This document shows positions 48,858-58,657 of a stretch of 64,000 nt of DNA, one piece after another (position 1 is the first letter of the stretch; the number at the start of each line of letters is the position of its first letter). The DNA lies in NCBI GenBank assembly GCA_045803545.1, contig JBJMOW010000006.1, positions 64,001 through 128,000 of the forward strand, in the 5' to 3' direction. The notes beneath the pieces were generated by a model, which was not told the origin of the DNA, searched no databases, and worked only from the letters and a program-made list of their open reading frames with translations. The translations under genes were made by a program, and so were the position numbers. This DNA is from Gemmatimonadaceae bacterium (GTDB lineage: Bacteria > Gemmatimonadota > Gemmatimonadetes > Gemmatimonadales > Gemmatimonadaceae).

Positions 48858-50318
48858 TCAGCGTTTGATATCCACCGCAATTCCCCGCCACTTCCCCTGA
48901 TTGAATCGCACCACACTGAGAGCGCATCTCGTCAGGTGTCCAATTAGAATGGCGATCCAGATGTCGATGGTATCCAGCGTGCTCACCCGCTGAACAGCGA
49001 AGCAAATGCCGAGTGGTACCAGAATCTGGGAGATGATCGAGATGTAGAGCGGGCTCTTGGTGTCGCCCGTACCTTGAAGTCCGCCGGTGTAGGTGAGCGC
49101 GACGGCGATGAACAAACCTGACACGCTGAGAATGCGCAGCAGCTGCACTCCGACGTGAACTACCGCCGGATCGCGCATCCCGAAAATCGCGAGCAGCTGC
49201 TGCGGGATGAACATGAACATGATTCCGACAGCCGCCGCGCTCGCTGCTCCAATTCGAGCCGCCACGTGAACGGATTCGGCGGCGCGATCTGGTTTGCCCG
49301 CGCCGAGATTCTGTCCGGCGACAGCGGCAGCCGCGCCCATCAATCCGACCGAAGTCCACGTCACCAGCGAGAACAGCTGGCTGTAGCAAACCGCGAACGC
49401 AGCTTGGGCAGCTGCGCCGTGCGCGACTGATCCGATGAATGCCAGCATGAACACACCGCCAACATTCATCGCAATGCCCTGAATTCCGGTTGGCAGTCCA
49501 AACCGGAATAGCGCGCGAATGATCTCCCAATCGGGCCCCCATCCCTTCCCGCGCGGGAACGACAGCACCCAGCCGCCGTGCCACAACTTGTACAGTGAAT
49601 AAACCGCGACCAGACCCGAAGCGATCGACGTACCCATCGCCGATCCCTTGGTCCCGAATGCCGGAATTGGACCGAGGCCGCGAATCAGGATCACGTTCAA
49701 AATCACGTTCAACACAGTGAGCGAAATCCCCAGCACCATTGGAGTGCGGGCATCACCGGCGGAGCGCAGTGCCCCACCGAGCATGAAGAAGACAAGCATT
49801 CCGCTGCTAAAGAGGAAGCTGATGCGAATGAATGGCAGCGCCTCGGCTTTGACGTCTGGTGCTGCGTTCACGAAGTCGAGGAGCGCCGGCGACGCGAAGT
49901 ACCCGATCGGCCCGAGAATGAATAACGCGAGGAAGATCGACGTGATGAACGCCTGGTAGACCGTGCGATCCGCTTTGTCGTGATCGCCCTGCCCCACAAA
50001 TCGCGCGACGAGCACGCTCATGCCGGTGAAGAGCGAAGCGACGAAGATCACGACGATCAGGAAGATCTGATTGCTGTCGCCGATCGCGGCGTTCGCTTTG
50101 GGTCCGATCAGATTGCCGACCAGGACCTGATCGACCATCGCCTGCAGCCCACCGACGATGTTGGTGAGCATTGTCGGCCAGGCCAGCTTCCACACCGCCG
50201 GCATCAACGGCCCCTCGACTATCGAACGGTCGTACTGCCGGCGACCCGGCCTGGGCCGACCTTCGCTCGCTGCTCGCGGCGCAGCGGGCGCAGCTGCAGG
50301 TGCAGTGACGTCAGTCAA
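48858..50318 (-). CDS. MATE family efflux transporter
   Basis: About 12 TM segments; LRSAGDARTPM and LQGTGDTKSPL. Confidence 0.93.
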   Translation of the reverse strand: MTDVTAPAAAPAAPRAASEGRPRPGRRQYDRSIVEGPLMPAVWKLAWPTMLTNIVGGLQAMVDQVLVGNLIGPKANAAIGDSNQIFLIVVIFVASLFTGMSVLVARFVGQGDHDKADRTVYQAFITSIFLALFILGPIGYFASPALLDFVNAAPDVKAEALPFIRISFLFSSGMLVFFMLGGALRSAGDARTPMVLGISLTVLNVILNVILIRGLGPIPAFGTKGSAMGTSIASGLVAVYSLYKLWHGGWVLSFPRGKGWGPDWEIIRALFRFGLPTGIQGIAMNVGGVFMLAFIGSVAHGAAAQAAFAVCYSQLFSLVTWTSVGLMGAAAAVAGQNLGAGKPDRAAESVHVAARIGAASAAAVGIMFMFIPQQLLAIFGMRDPAVVHVGVQLLRILSVSGLFIAVALTYTGGLQGTGDTKSPLYISIISQILVPLGICFAVQRVSTLDTIDIWIAILIGHLTRCALSVVRFNQGKWRGIAVDIKR

Positions 50319-50739
50319 TACGCGCTCGACGACGAGCGATCAGCGCGTCGATGCTCCAGGGTCCGGCACCGGCGAGCATGAAATACAAAAAGAGGAAACA
50401 ATAAAGCATCGACGTGATGCCCCAATTGCGCGTCGGCCAGAAAGACATCGGGAAACTGAATTGGAAATATGCAACCGCCATTTCACCGGCGAGTAAGAAC
50501 GAGATCGGTCGCGTGAACAAACCGAGCGTGAAGGCGAGGCCGAGGTAGGTCTCGAGCCAGCCGGCAACGTGAAACTCCCACATCGGGGGCATTGGCATCG
50601 GCGGCGCATAAGTCGGGAACGGCGGAAAGCCAAACACCTTCATTGTTCCGCTGGTGAAGAATGCGAGACCCGCCATAATTCTGAGAATGCTCAGCATTCT
50701 CGCTGTCCATTTTGGTGAGCCGGGATCAAAGATCGACAT
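50311..50739 (-). CDS. DoxX family protein
   Basis: LGLFTRPISFLLAGEMAVAYF and GAGPWSIDA. Confidence 0.92.
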   Translation of the reverse strand: MSIFDPGSPKWTARMLSILRIMAGLAFFTSGTMKVFGFPPFPTYAPPMPMPPMWEFHVAGWLETYLGLAFTLGLFTRPISFLLAGEMAVAYFQFSFPMSFWPTRNWGITSMLYCFLFLYFMLAGAGPWSIDALIARRRARID

Positions 50740-50742
50740 GGT

Positions 50743-51999
50743 TTACGCTCCGCATTCGCGCGCGCGCTCCAACAGCAGCGCACGCTCACGTGAGTTTCGC
50801 GTCATTGACGCGGCGCGCTCGAACTCCGCGCGCGCTTCAGGAAATCGCTTGAGCTTCATCAGGAGATCTGCTCGTACACTCGGCAACAAATGATAATTTC
50901 TGAGCGCAGGCTCTGTCTGTAACGGCTCGACCAGCTCCAGCGCAGTCGCCGGGCCATATGCCATCGACACTGCCACCGCCCGATTGAGCTCGACGATTGG
51001 CGATGGCGTTAATTCGGCGAGCGCATCGTACAGCGCGACGATCCGCTCCCAGTCGGTTTCGTCGGCCGTGCGGGCACGAGCGTGACAGGCAGCGATCGCC
51101 GCCTGCAGCACATGAGGCCCGCGCTCGCCGCCCAAGCGCTCGGCGCGATCGAGTGCGGCGAGACCGCGGCGAATCAGCAGGTGGTCCCAGCGGCCACGAT
51201 CCTGATCGAGGAGAAGAATCGGCTCGCCCTTTGGCCCGGTTCGCGCGCGAAGGCGCGACGCCTGGATTTCCATCAGCGCTACGAGACCGTGCACCTCCGG
51301 CTCGTTGGCCGCCAGTTCGGCGAGGATGCGGCCAAGCCGTAGCGCATCCTCGCACAGCGCCGGGCGCATCCAGTCGTCGCCGGCAGTGGCAGAGTAACCT
51401 TCGTTGAAGATGAGATAGATGACACCGAGCACCGACGAAAGTCGCTCGTCTCGATCTTCGCCACGCGGAACTTCGAATGGCACGTGCGCTTCGGACAGAG
51501 TGCGCTTGGCTCTCACGATGCGCTGAGCAACCGTCGGCTCGGGCACCAGAAACGCGCGGGCGATCTCGTCGGTGGTCAATCCGCCAAGCAGTCTCAGCGT
51601 GAGCGCCACGCGCGCATCTGTAGAAAGAACCGGGTGGCAGGCGGTGAACATCAATCGCAGCAGATCATCGCCAATGTCGTCATCGAGTGCGGTGTCGAGG
51701 TCTGACACGCTCAGCTCCTGACGCTCTTCGAGCTCCGGCACCATCTGCTCATGCTTCCGCTCGAGGAGCTTGCTGCGACGATGCATGTCGATGGCGCGGT
51801 GCTTCGCCGTGGCCATGAGCCACGCCCCGGGATTATCAGGGATTCCCGTTTCGGGCCACCGCTCGAGTGCGGCGAGAAGTGCATCCTGCGCCAAATCCTC
51901 GGCGAGTCCGACATCGCCAGTGATGCGTGCAAGACTGGCGATGACTTTAGCCGACTCAATTCGCCAGACGGCATCGATCGCGCTGTTGACGTCGGACAC
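50743..51999 (-). CDS. ECF sigma factor with a long TPR-like C-terminal extension (ECF42-type)
   Basis: AEDLAQDA, LRLMFTACHPVL, YLIFNEGY and DQDRGRWD; follows DGPF/YciI genes. Confidence 0.93.
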   Translation of the reverse strand: MSDVNSAIDAVWRIESAKVIASLARITGDVGLAEDLAQDALLAALERWPETGIPDNPGAWLMATAKHRAIDMHRRSKLLERKHEQMVPELEERQELSVSDLDTALDDDIGDDLLRLMFTACHPVLSTDARVALTLRLLGGLTTDEIARAFLVPEPTVAQRIVRAKRTLSEAHVPFEVPRGEDRDERLSSVLGVIYLIFNEGYSATAGDDWMRPALCEDALRLGRILAELAANEPEVHGLVALMEIQASRLRARTGPKGEPILLLDQDRGRWDHLLIRRGLAALDRAERLGGERGPHVLQAAIAACHARARTADETDWERIVALYDALAELTPSPIVELNRAVAVSMAYGPATALELVEPLQTEPALRNYHLLPSVRADLLMKLKRFPEARAEFERAASMTRNSRERALLLERARECGA

Positions 52000-52008
52000 G
52001 CGTACGTG

Positions 52009-52404
52009 CTAGCGCCGACTCGCGGCGTTGTGCAAAGACGGTTGCGTAGGGTCGGCATCGAACGCCGGCTGCTCGTACATCTCGCGAACCTCGCTTTCCC
52101 CCGTGCCGGCGACTTTGAGGAAGCGCTTCGTCCATTCGATCGCTTCTTCTCTGGTCGCGACGTCGATGATCGCGTAGCCGCCGACTACTTCCTTGGCTTC
52201 GGCGAACGGGCCATCGGTGACCGTAAATCTCCCATCGTCGGTTATGCGAACGCGCGCACCTCGGGAGCTGGGGAGCAAACCATCGGTGCGGACGAGCACG
52301 CCCGCCGCCGAGATTTGCTCAATGAACTTTCCCATCGCGGCGATTTCTTCCTGGCTCGGTGGAGCGTTGCGCTCGACACTCTTGTAGATCGTCATGTATC
52401 GCAT
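52009..52404 (-). CDS. YciI/DGPF family protein
   Basis: TDGPFAEAKEVVGGY. Confidence 0.93.
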   Translation of the reverse strand: MRYMTIYKSVERNAPPSQEEIAAMGKFIEQISAAGVLVRTDGLLPSSRGARVRITDDGRFTVTDGPFAEAKEVVGGYAIIDVATREEAIEWTKRFLKVAGTGESEVREMYEQPAFDADPTQPSLHNAASRR

Positions 52405-52410
52405 TTTTAC

Positions 52411-52845
52411 TTATCTCCCGGCGTTTTTCGCCATTTGCTCGCCGATGCGGCGCTCGTACTCGCGCATCTCCGGCGTGAACTCGGGGCCAAAGTCTTCGGC
52501 TTCGAAGATCTGCCGGATCTCGATTTCGGAATCCTCATTGGGCATCGGATTCGGGCACCGTTTCACCCACTCGATGCACTCAGCCATCGATTTGCACTGG
52601 AAAAGCCAGAATCCGGCGACCAGCTCCTTCGTCTCGGCGAACGGTCCGTCGACGACAGTACGTTTGCTGCCGCTGAACCGGACACGTGCGCCCTTCGAGC
52701 TCGGGTGGAGTCCTTCACCAGCCAGCATCACGCCCGCCTTGACCAGCTCTTCGTTGTACTTGCCCATCGCGGTGAGCAGCTCCATGTCGGGGAGCGCGCC
52801 CGTTTCGCTCTCCGGGGTCGCCTTTACCATCACGATAAATCGCAT
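52411..52845 (-). CDS. YciI/DGPF family protein
   Basis: VDGPFAETKELVAGFW; AGGAG RBS. Confidence 0.93.
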   Translation of the reverse strand: MRFIVMVKATPESETGALPDMELLTAMGKYNEELVKAGVMLAGEGLHPSSKGARVRFSGSKRTVVDGPFAETKELVAGFWLFQCKSMAECIEWVKRCPNPMPNEDSEIEIRQIFEAEDFGPEFTPEMREYERRIGEQMAKNAGR

Positions 52846-52880
52846 TGAGTCTCCTGTTCGTTAGAGTGCTTATACAAACG

Positions 52881-52908
52881 CGACGAACGGGGTGAGCGGA
52901 AATCGACA
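52881..52908 (-). promoter_or_regulatory. Probable autoregulatory ECF42-type promoter of the yciI-yciI-sigma-doxX-MATE operon
   Basis: TGTCGATT-TCCGCTCACCCCGT-TCGTCG, ending about 35 nt before the ATG. Confidence 0.8.
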
Positions 52909-52970
52909 AGTCGGGAAACGAAGCCGATTTCAGCCGGCCGCAGACCGCCGGCCGCGAGCCGTTTTTAGTT

Positions 52971-53345
52971 TCAGCCCCCAACCAGCGCCAGGATATTCCC
53001 GTCCGGATCCTTGAACCACGCCGCCTTGAGCCCTCCGGCGACGTGGACATCGCCTTTGAGGGTCATCCCGGGAAGGGTGTAGTGCTCGAAGTTGACTCCC
53101 TTCTCCTTCAGCATTCGGGCAACGCCCTCGACATCGTCCAACTCCCACGTTGCAGCGGTCGCTTTGTTGGTACCGGCGAACATCGACTTATAGACAAGGA
53201 TCTTCGATTTCCCAACCTTGTAGTTGAGAACGTCTGCCTGTGGCGATTCCAGTCGCTTGAGGCCAAGGGTGTCTTCGTAGAATTTCCGGGCGCGTGCAAT
53301 GTCCTTTACCGCGATCGTCGCGATGGCGACGCTATCACCGAGCAT
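52971..53345 (-). CDS. VOC/glyoxalase family protein
   Basis: IAVKDIARARKFYEDTLGL and AWFKDPDGNIL; AGGAGAGG RBS. Confidence 0.92.
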   Translation of the reverse strand: MLGDSVAIATIAVKDIARARKFYEDTLGLKRLESPQADVLNYKVGKSKILVYKSMFAGTNKATAATWELDDVEGVARMLKEKGVNFEHYTLPGMTLKGDVHVAGGLKAAWFKDPDGNILALVGG

Positions 53346-54060
53346 GCGCCTCTCCTGTTGGTTTGTTGGTCTCCCTCTCACGTCGTGCAACCCAATTTCT
53401 AATTGTATCAGTCATCTGATCCAGGACCTGCGCATCCGTTGTTCCGGACGATTTCAAAACGTGGAAGCTGTGATCAGCACCTTCAACCCAGTGCATCTCC
53501 CAATTTGTGGCAACTCGTTTCAACACTTCCTCCATTAAGGAAGGCGTGCAGAAGGGATCACGCGTGCCATTGAAGCAGATGACGGGCATGCGGATCGAAG
53601 GCAGGTGCGCGTCGCGAAGCTGATCGGGTTTCCCGGGTGGATGAAGCGGGTACGCGAGCAGCACCAGCCCAGCAGCGTCAAAGCCATCCGACGCCAGCAT
53701 CGAAGCTGCCCTGCCTCCCATCGATCGGCCACCGATAATCAGTGTCCGCGGCGCGATCTCCGCTCTCGCTCGATCGACGACCGCCGTGAACGCGTCCCTC
53801 AGCTTTGGCATCGGATCGGGTCGGCCTGATTTCTTTTCCCTGTACAGGAAATTGAATCGAATGGTTCCGATGCCACGCTCGTTGAGCGCTCTCGAAGTCG
53901 CAACGACGGCCCGGTCGTTCATGTTGCCGCCCGCTCCGTGCGCGAACACGAAGGTTGCGCCTTCAGCGCCTACGGCTGGGTCGTAAATCGCGGAAGTCTC
54001 TTCCGCGCCTACTCGGACGCGCCACTCGCCGTCCGTACGCTGTCGTTCACGCGTCGCCAT
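53335..54060 (-). CDS. Alpha/beta hydrolase (KANL3/Tex30-like)
   Basis: AHGAG, GGRSMGG nucleophile elbow, YPLHPPG, GTRDPF and GADHSF. Confidence 0.9.
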   Translation of the reverse strand: MATRERQRTDGEWRVRVGAEETSAIYDPAVGAEGATFVFAHGAGGNMNDRAVVATSRALNERGIGTIRFNFLYREKKSGRPDPMPKLRDAFTAVVDRARAEIAPRTLIIGGRSMGGRAASMLASDGFDAAGLVLLAYPLHPPGKPDQLRDAHLPSIRMPVICFNGTRDPFCTPSLMEEVLKRVATNWEMHWVEGADHSFHVLKSSGTTDAQVLDQMTDTIRNWVARRERETNKPTGEAHAR

Positions 54061-54141
54061 CGTACCTCAACTTATCACGCCAACTGCAGTGCGTGAATCT
54101 TGCGCGAATGATCTGATTAACGTATCGCGGACGAGCCTCTG

Positions 54142-55470
54142 ATGACAAAAAGCCGGCGAGCGACTGGAATCGTCGCGGCCGCCGTATTGGCGGCTGGAAT
54201 AACAGGATGCGGAGTCCCGGCCCGGGTGCCCGTGTTGGCGGAGACGGGACCAAGACCGGTGATCCCCAAGCCGAGCCCGTCACTCATTCCGGTGATGAAG
54301 GTCGTCGCCGCAAAGGGCTGGAGTGCGAACGCGACGCCAGCTGCACCGAGCGATGTCACAGTGCGGGCTTTCGCGCGTGATCTGCACCATCCGCGCTGGC
54401 TGTACGTGCTTCCCAACGGTGATGTGCTGGTCTCGGAGACCAATGCTCCGAAACGGCCAGATGACGCGAAAGGAATCAAAGGCTTCTTCTTCCGAATGTT
54501 TCAGGCTCGCGCTGGCGGCAGCGCGCCGAGTGAGAATCGCCTGCTGCTCCTTCGCGACAGCGATGGCGACGGCGTTGCCGATATCCGAACGGTCTTCCTC
54601 ACCGGTTTGCACTCTCCGTTTGGCGTGACGCTCGTCGGCGACGATCTCTACGTCGCGAACACCGACGGCATCGTCCGGTACCCATACACGCGCGGGCTGA
54701 CGACAATTTCGTCATCTGGCGTTAAGCTCGTCGATTTGCCTGGTGGGCGAATCAATCACCACTGGACGAAGAACGTCATCGCCAGCCCCGATGGTACGAA
54801 GCTGTACGCTGCCGTCGGCTCCAACAGCAACGCCGCCGAAAATGGCATCGCCCACGAGAATGGACGCGCGGCAATCTGGGAGATCGATCGGGCGACGGGG
54901 CGGCATCGCGTTTTTGCCACTGGCTTACGCAATCCTGTCGGCCTCGCGTGGCAACCTGACACCCGGATGTTATGGGTAGCGGTGAATGAGCGCGATGAGC
55001 TCGGCGCTGACCTGGTGCCCGACTACATCACGTCGGTGCGGGAGGGCGCCTTCTACGGCTGGCCCTATAGCTACTACGGCAAACACGTCGACTTTCGCGT
55101 CGAGCCACAGCGGCTCGATCTGGTCGATCGCGCGCTGGTACCTGATTATGCGCTCGGATCACACACGGCGTCCCTCGGTCTCACCTGGTCTGGTGCCTCG
55201 GCAATGCCGGAGCGTTTTCGACACGGGATGTTTGTCGGCCAGCACGGATCGTGGAACAGAAAACCTTTCAGCGGTTACAGGGTGGTATTCGTACACTTTG
55301 AAGACGGGCACCCATCGGGAGCTCCAATCGACGTACTGACCGGCTTCATCAAGCCAAACGGCGAAGCGATGGGTCGTCCCGTCGGCGTCGCGATTTCAGG
55401 CGATGGGGCCCTGCTAGTAGCGGATGATGTTGGGAATGCGGTTTGGAGAGTTTCTCGAAGAGCTCCGTAG
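54142..55470 (+). CDS. PQQ-dependent sorbosone dehydrogenase family lipoprotein
   Basis: HPRWLYVLPNGDVLV, HHWTKN, GLRNPVG, NERDELG and QHGSWNR. Confidence 0.9.
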   Translation: MTKSRRATGIVAAAVLAAGITGCGVPARVPVLAETGPRPVIPKPSPSLIPVMKVVAAKGWSANATPAAPSDVTVRAFARDLHHPRWLYVLPNGDVLVSETNAPKRPDDAKGIKGFFFRMFQARAGGSAPSENRLLLLRDSDGDGVADIRTVFLTGLHSPFGVTLVGDDLYVANTDGIVRYPYTRGLTTISSSGVKLVDLPGGRINHHWTKNVIASPDGTKLYAAVGSNSNAAENGIAHENGRAAIWEIDRATGRHRVFATGLRNPVGLAWQPDTRMLWVAVNERDELGADLVPDYITSVREGAFYGWPYSYYGKHVDFRVEPQRLDLVDRALVPDYALGSHTASLGLTWSGASAMPERFRHGMFVGQHGSWNRKPFSGYRVVFVHFEDGHPSGAPIDVLTGFIKPNGEAMGRPVGVAISGDGALLVADDVGNAVWRVSRRAP

Positions 55471-55500
55471 TCGGGTGTCTACGCTTCGGCGAGCTCCGTG

Positions 55501-55640
55501 AACTAAAGTCGGCAGTCTGCAGTAAGGCGGTTAGCAGTTAGGAGTTGTTGTACGCGAGTCTATGGGGAAGGACGGCCCCGAGGCGCGTGTATGACAACTC
55601 CGACCTGCAGACTGTGCCTCTGCAAACTGCCGACCTTTTT
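55501..55640. repeat. Palindromic dispersed repeat (MITE/REP-like), copy 2
   Basis: AACTAAAGTCGGCAGT...CTGCAAACTGCCGAC; shares both arms with 48701-48837. Confidence 0.85.
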
Positions 55641-55664
55641 TCTGTGCCTGTCTGAGCCTCGGAC

Positions 55665-58619
55665 TTAAAGGGACTGCAGCGGAATTCCGATCTCATCCAG
55701 AAAGCGGTGCCCGCCGGTGCCTTTCCCGTCCCGCGTCTTGGCCCTCGTCATCACCAGCCGGTCTTTCGTACGGGTCATCCCGACGTAGAGAAGACGACGG
55801 GCTTCTTCCAGCTCCAGTTTGCTGAGCAGTCCGTCGCGCGGAATCGGGATCAGCTGCTCGTCCTCGACGCCGACGATGTACACGCGTGAGAATTCCAGGC
55901 CCTTAGTCGAGTGCATGGTCAGAAGATTCACTCGATTCGGTCTCGGCTGAGCGCCGTCGCTCTGCGAGAGCATCGCGCGTTCGAGAAACGCGCAGATGCT
56001 CGCCGGCAGCTCCCCCCGCTCACACGCTTCGATGAGCCGCCGCAGTCTCCCCATTGTCTCGGGATAGCGCGTCTGCGCCGTGCGCTCGGCGCGAAGGTGC
56101 TCCATCCGCTGATGGCCGCCAAGTAGCGTGATCAGCTCGTCAACGGTCGGAAGGTCGGCATCGCCACACTCGGCGCGCTCACGCGTGTAAATGTCCAGGC
56201 ACTCGCTGAATCTTCCCAGGGAATACGGCTGCACGAAATCGAGGAACTTCCGTGCTTCCTCACACAGTTGCTCGCGATCGCTCAGCGCGATGGCAACACC
56301 GAGGTGATCGAGAAGGTTCACGAGCGCGGTCTTGCGCGCGAATTCGAGTCGATCCTCACATAACGCGGGAAAGAGCTTGGCGAGCGCGCGCGAGTCGTCC
56401 AACGCGCGGTGCCACTGCGCGAGTCTGACACCGTACATTCGCGACAGCGACGATAGACTCGCGCTGGTACGGTGCAGTGTTCTCGCGAGCGGAAGGGTGT
56501 CGTACACACTGAGGTCGCGACCCCTCGGCAGCTTCGCCGCCATCCGACGCAGAATTGGGAAGTCAAAAGTGTAGCCATTATGCGCTACCAGCACATCCGT
56601 GCCGCAGAACGTTCTGAGCTTCTCCCACACCTCCTCGAAGTACGGCGCCTCGGCGACCACGCTCTCCGAGATGTGATGGGTCTTGAGCGCACCGGAAGTG
56701 ATCGGAACTCGCGGTTTGACGAGCGAATGAAATTCCTCTACGATCCTTCCGTGGCGCACGCGGACGGCCGCGAGCTCGACGATCTCCGCAACGTCGACTT
56801 CATTACCGGTGGTTTCAAGATCGATGGCAGTGAAATCCTCGCTGAAGCTCATTGCGAAGCCGCCGCTCCGCATTAGCTGCGCGGTCTTGAACAAGCCCAA
56901 CGCGAAGCCGAGTGACGGTAGATCCGCCGGCGTGATTCTCAGTGAGCCAACAGGCGGCGCGCCACCGACATGAACAGCGCGCAACCCGGTCTCGAGCAGG
57001 ATCCGCCGAGCGGGGATCTCGGCGCCGCCCATTCTCGGAATCCAAACGGAGCCGCCGTCGCCGATTGCTTCCTGAATCCGTGCAGCAAGGGTCACGACTT
57101 CTTCGTGAGCCTCCGGATCGGATAGCTCGTCGTGATGATCTTCCAGCACGGTCCGGTACGTTCCGACTTTTTCGGAGAGGATTGCCTCGACCAGCGACTG
57201 CAGCGAGCCGTGAGTCTGGGCGAGCACCTCGAGGTTTCGCAGCGCGTAGTGTCCGCGCCAGATCTTCTTCGCATCCGGATGGGCGCCCGGAGAATTCCGG
57301 GCGATGTGCTCGAGTTGGCGGAGCAGACTGCGTCCATCGCGCTCAGCTTCGGCGCGCGCTGTATCGAACAGCGCTGAAGGAAGCACGGCTTCGTAAAACA
57401 GCTCATGCTGGATTTCATCCCGCGGATTCGCGATCACGCGGAGAGCGGCGATCAAATAGCGGACGACGTCGTCGTCGCACAGCGCGTGACCCTGCGCGAG
57501 ACAGCACGGGACTCCGGCATTCAGAAACGCCGATTCCAGGACACTCCCAATTTTGTGCTTGCGATAAATGATGCCGACGTCCCCCCATTCCAGCGCGCCG
57601 TCGTGCTCGATGCGATCGCGACGGAGATCCTGAAGCAGCCAATTCGTTTCTGCTTCTTCGTTCGCAAATGCCAGCGCGCTCACTGGAAACGGCGACTCGT
57701 GAGCGGTGCGCTGTGGGGCGCGGTTGTCAAAGAGGGTTTCGTTCTGCGCGATGAATTTGCGCGCCGTCTCGAGAACCGCACGCGGACAGCGATGATTGTC
57801 CGCCAGCTGAAGAAGCGCAACGGGACCGAAGTCGTCCTGAAAGGTTTGAAAGACCCGCGGACTCGCACCCGCCCAGGAGTAGACTGACTGTTCGTCGTCG
57901 CCCACGGCGAAGATGTGACGATGATCCATCGCGAGCCGCCGCACGATCGCATACTGGATCTCGTTCAGATCCTGGAATTCGTCGATCAACACTTCGTCCC
58001 AGCGCGCGCGCACCTGCGCGGCAATCGCGTCGATGCGAAGAAGCTGCGCGGCTTTCAGAACCAGAGTATCGAAGTCGGCGATGTTTCGACCAACCGTCAG
58101 CGTCTGATAGGCCTCGAACACCTTTCGCTGGGGCCACTCGAGCGTGACGCCGCAAAAGCGATATCGCGCGAAAGCGTTGAGGAGATACTTATGCCTCCTC
58201 GCGGGGACGCGCAGCCGCCGCAGTACCGATCGCTGGTAGTCTTCATCCGCGATCCCGAATCCTGGCTGCATGTCCACTTCTTCACCGAACTCGCGCAACA
58301 GCTCGGCGCAAAAAGAGTGAATGGTGCCGCGCTTTACGCGATCACTCGCGTCGCCGAGCTCAGTAAGACGCTCCGCGATTTCGCCGGCCGCTTTGTTGGT
58401 GAAAGTGAAAACGCAGATTCGACCGGGATCGACGTTCAGACTTCCGATCAAATGGCGAACCCTCTCGATCAGGCAGAAGGTCTTCCCCGCTCCCGGTCCG
58501 GCGAGCACCAGCGTCGGGCCAGCCGGGGCCTCGATCGCTGAGCCTTGAGATGGCGTTGGTACGCGTGTGCACGAAGCGGCGTCAATCGCGACTGACGCCG
58601 CTTCGGCGATTCGCGCCAC
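55665..58619 (-). CDS. UvrD/Rep/PcrA-family SF1 helicase with an inserted DnaQ-like (DEDDh) 3'-5' exonuclease domain
   Basis: Helicase motifs AGPGAGKT, FTNKAA, DEFQD, GDDEQSVYSW, TMHSTKGLEF and EEARRLLYVGMTR; exonuclease motifs DLETTG, AHNGYTFD and HRALDD. Start is uncertain. Confidence 0.92.
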   Translation of the reverse strand: MARIAEAASVAIDAASCTRVPTPSQGSAIEAPAGPTLVLAGPGAGKTFCLIERVRHLIGSLNVDPGRICVFTFTNKAAGEIAERLTELGDASDRVKRGTIHSFCAELLREFGEEVDMQPGFGIADEDYQRSVLRRLRVPARRHKYLLNAFARYRFCGVTLEWPQRKVFEAYQTLTVGRNIADFDTLVLKAAQLLRIDAIAAQVRARWDEVLIDEFQDLNEIQYAIVRRLAMDHRHIFAVGDDEQSVYSWAGASPRVFQTFQDDFGPVALLQLADNHRCPRAVLETARKFIAQNETLFDNRAPQRTAHESPFPVSALAFANEEAETNWLLQDLRRDRIEHDGALEWGDVGIIYRKHKIGSVLESAFLNAGVPCCLAQGHALCDDDVVRYLIAALRVIANPRDEIQHELFYEAVLPSALFDTARAEAERDGRSLLRQLEHIARNSPGAHPDAKKIWRGHYALRNLEVLAQTHGSLQSLVEAILSEKVGTYRTVLEDHHDELSDPEAHEEVVTLAARIQEAIGDGGSVWIPRMGGAEIPARRILLETGLRAVHVGGAPPVGSLRITPADLPSLGFALGLFKTAQLMRSGGFAMSFSEDFTAIDLETTGNEVDVAEIVELAAVRVRHGRIVEEFHSLVKPRVPITSGALKTHHISESVVAEAPYFEEVWEKLRTFCGTDVLVAHNGYTFDFPILRRMAAKLPRGRDLSVYDTLPLARTLHRTSASLSSLSRMYGVRLAQWHRALDDSRALAKLFPALCEDRLEFARKTALVNLLDHLGVAIALSDREQLCEEARKFLDFVQPYSLGRFSECLDIYTRERAECGDADLPTVDELITLLGGHQRMEHLRAERTAQTRYPETMGRLRRLIEACERGELPASICAFLERAMLSQSDGAQPRPNRVNLLTMHSTKGLEFSRVYIVGVEDEQLIPIPRDGLLSKLELEEARRLLYVGMTRTKDRLVMTRAKTRDGKGTGGHRFLDEIGIPLQSL

Positions 58620-58657
58620 GTCCGTTAGCGCACGCTGTGCAGCGCCGGTGGCTTCGA

